A stretch of DNA of 64,000 nucleotides, taken from the NCBI RefSeq assembly GCF_006345805.1, contig NC_043007.1:2170001-2234000 (forward strand), written 5' to 3'. This DNA is from Octopus sinensis. Taxonomy: Eukaryota. Shown in pieces: positions 63,745 through 64,000 of this stretch (position 1 is its first letter; the number at the start of each line of letters is the position of its first letter). The notes beneath the pieces are model-generated. The model saw nothing but the letters and a program-made list of their open reading frames with translations. It did no database searches and was not told where the DNA came from. Position numbers and translations under genes: made by a program.

Positions 63745-64000
63745 CTCATTTACTTGTTTCAGTCATTTGACTGCGGCTATGCTGGAGCACCGCCTTTAGT
63801 CGAGGAAATCGACCCCAGGACTTATTCTTTGTAAGCTTAGTACTTATTCTATCGGTCTCTTTTGCCGAACCGCTAAGTTACGGGGACGTAAACACACCAG
63901 CATCGGTTGTCAAGCGATGTTGGGGGAGGGGATAAATTCACAAACATACACACATATATATATACATATATACGACGGGCTTCTTTCAGTTTCCGTCTAC
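63745..64000 (-). mobile_element. SINE family A, cut by the window end
   Basis: tttacttgtttcagtcatttgactgcggctatgctggagcaccgcc...acgacgggcttctttcagtttccgtctac. Confidence 0.9.

Overview
AT-rich, microsatellite-saturated eukaryotic DNA. Its tRNA-derived SINE families and repeat landscape are typical of an octopod cephalopod (Octopus-like); this is inferred from repeat content alone. No host protein-coding exon can be called with confidence, and nearly all track ORFs are microsatellite or SINE artefacts. The recognisable coding remnants are all transposon-derived: a 5'-truncated CR1/L2-group LINE (26448-27876, -), three nested Tx1/L1-clade LINE pieces each flanked by (TCTA)n (42853-47135, +), an RTE-clade LINE 3' fragment (~5480-5880, -) and a Tc1/mariner transposase fragment (~48115-48575, +). 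There are also dozens of SINE copies and several Helentron/DINE-1-like elements. The most striking signal is a set of unrelated short elements carrying hammerhead-ribozyme (HHR) folds. Two are fold-back elements with outward-pointing HHRs (10514-10903; 36971-37243), one is a dispersed family (10108-10278; 55100-55238), and two are isolated motifs (7897-7958; 41646-41718). They suggest non-autonomous Penelope-like/retrozyme-like elements. Also notable: the CR1-group LINE shares its 3' stem-loop and terminal repeat with the dominant SINE (probable partner LINE), SINE heads and tails are swapped modularly, and the Tx1 family appears to be targeted to (TCTA)n. All folds and alignments were made by eye; no software or database was run.
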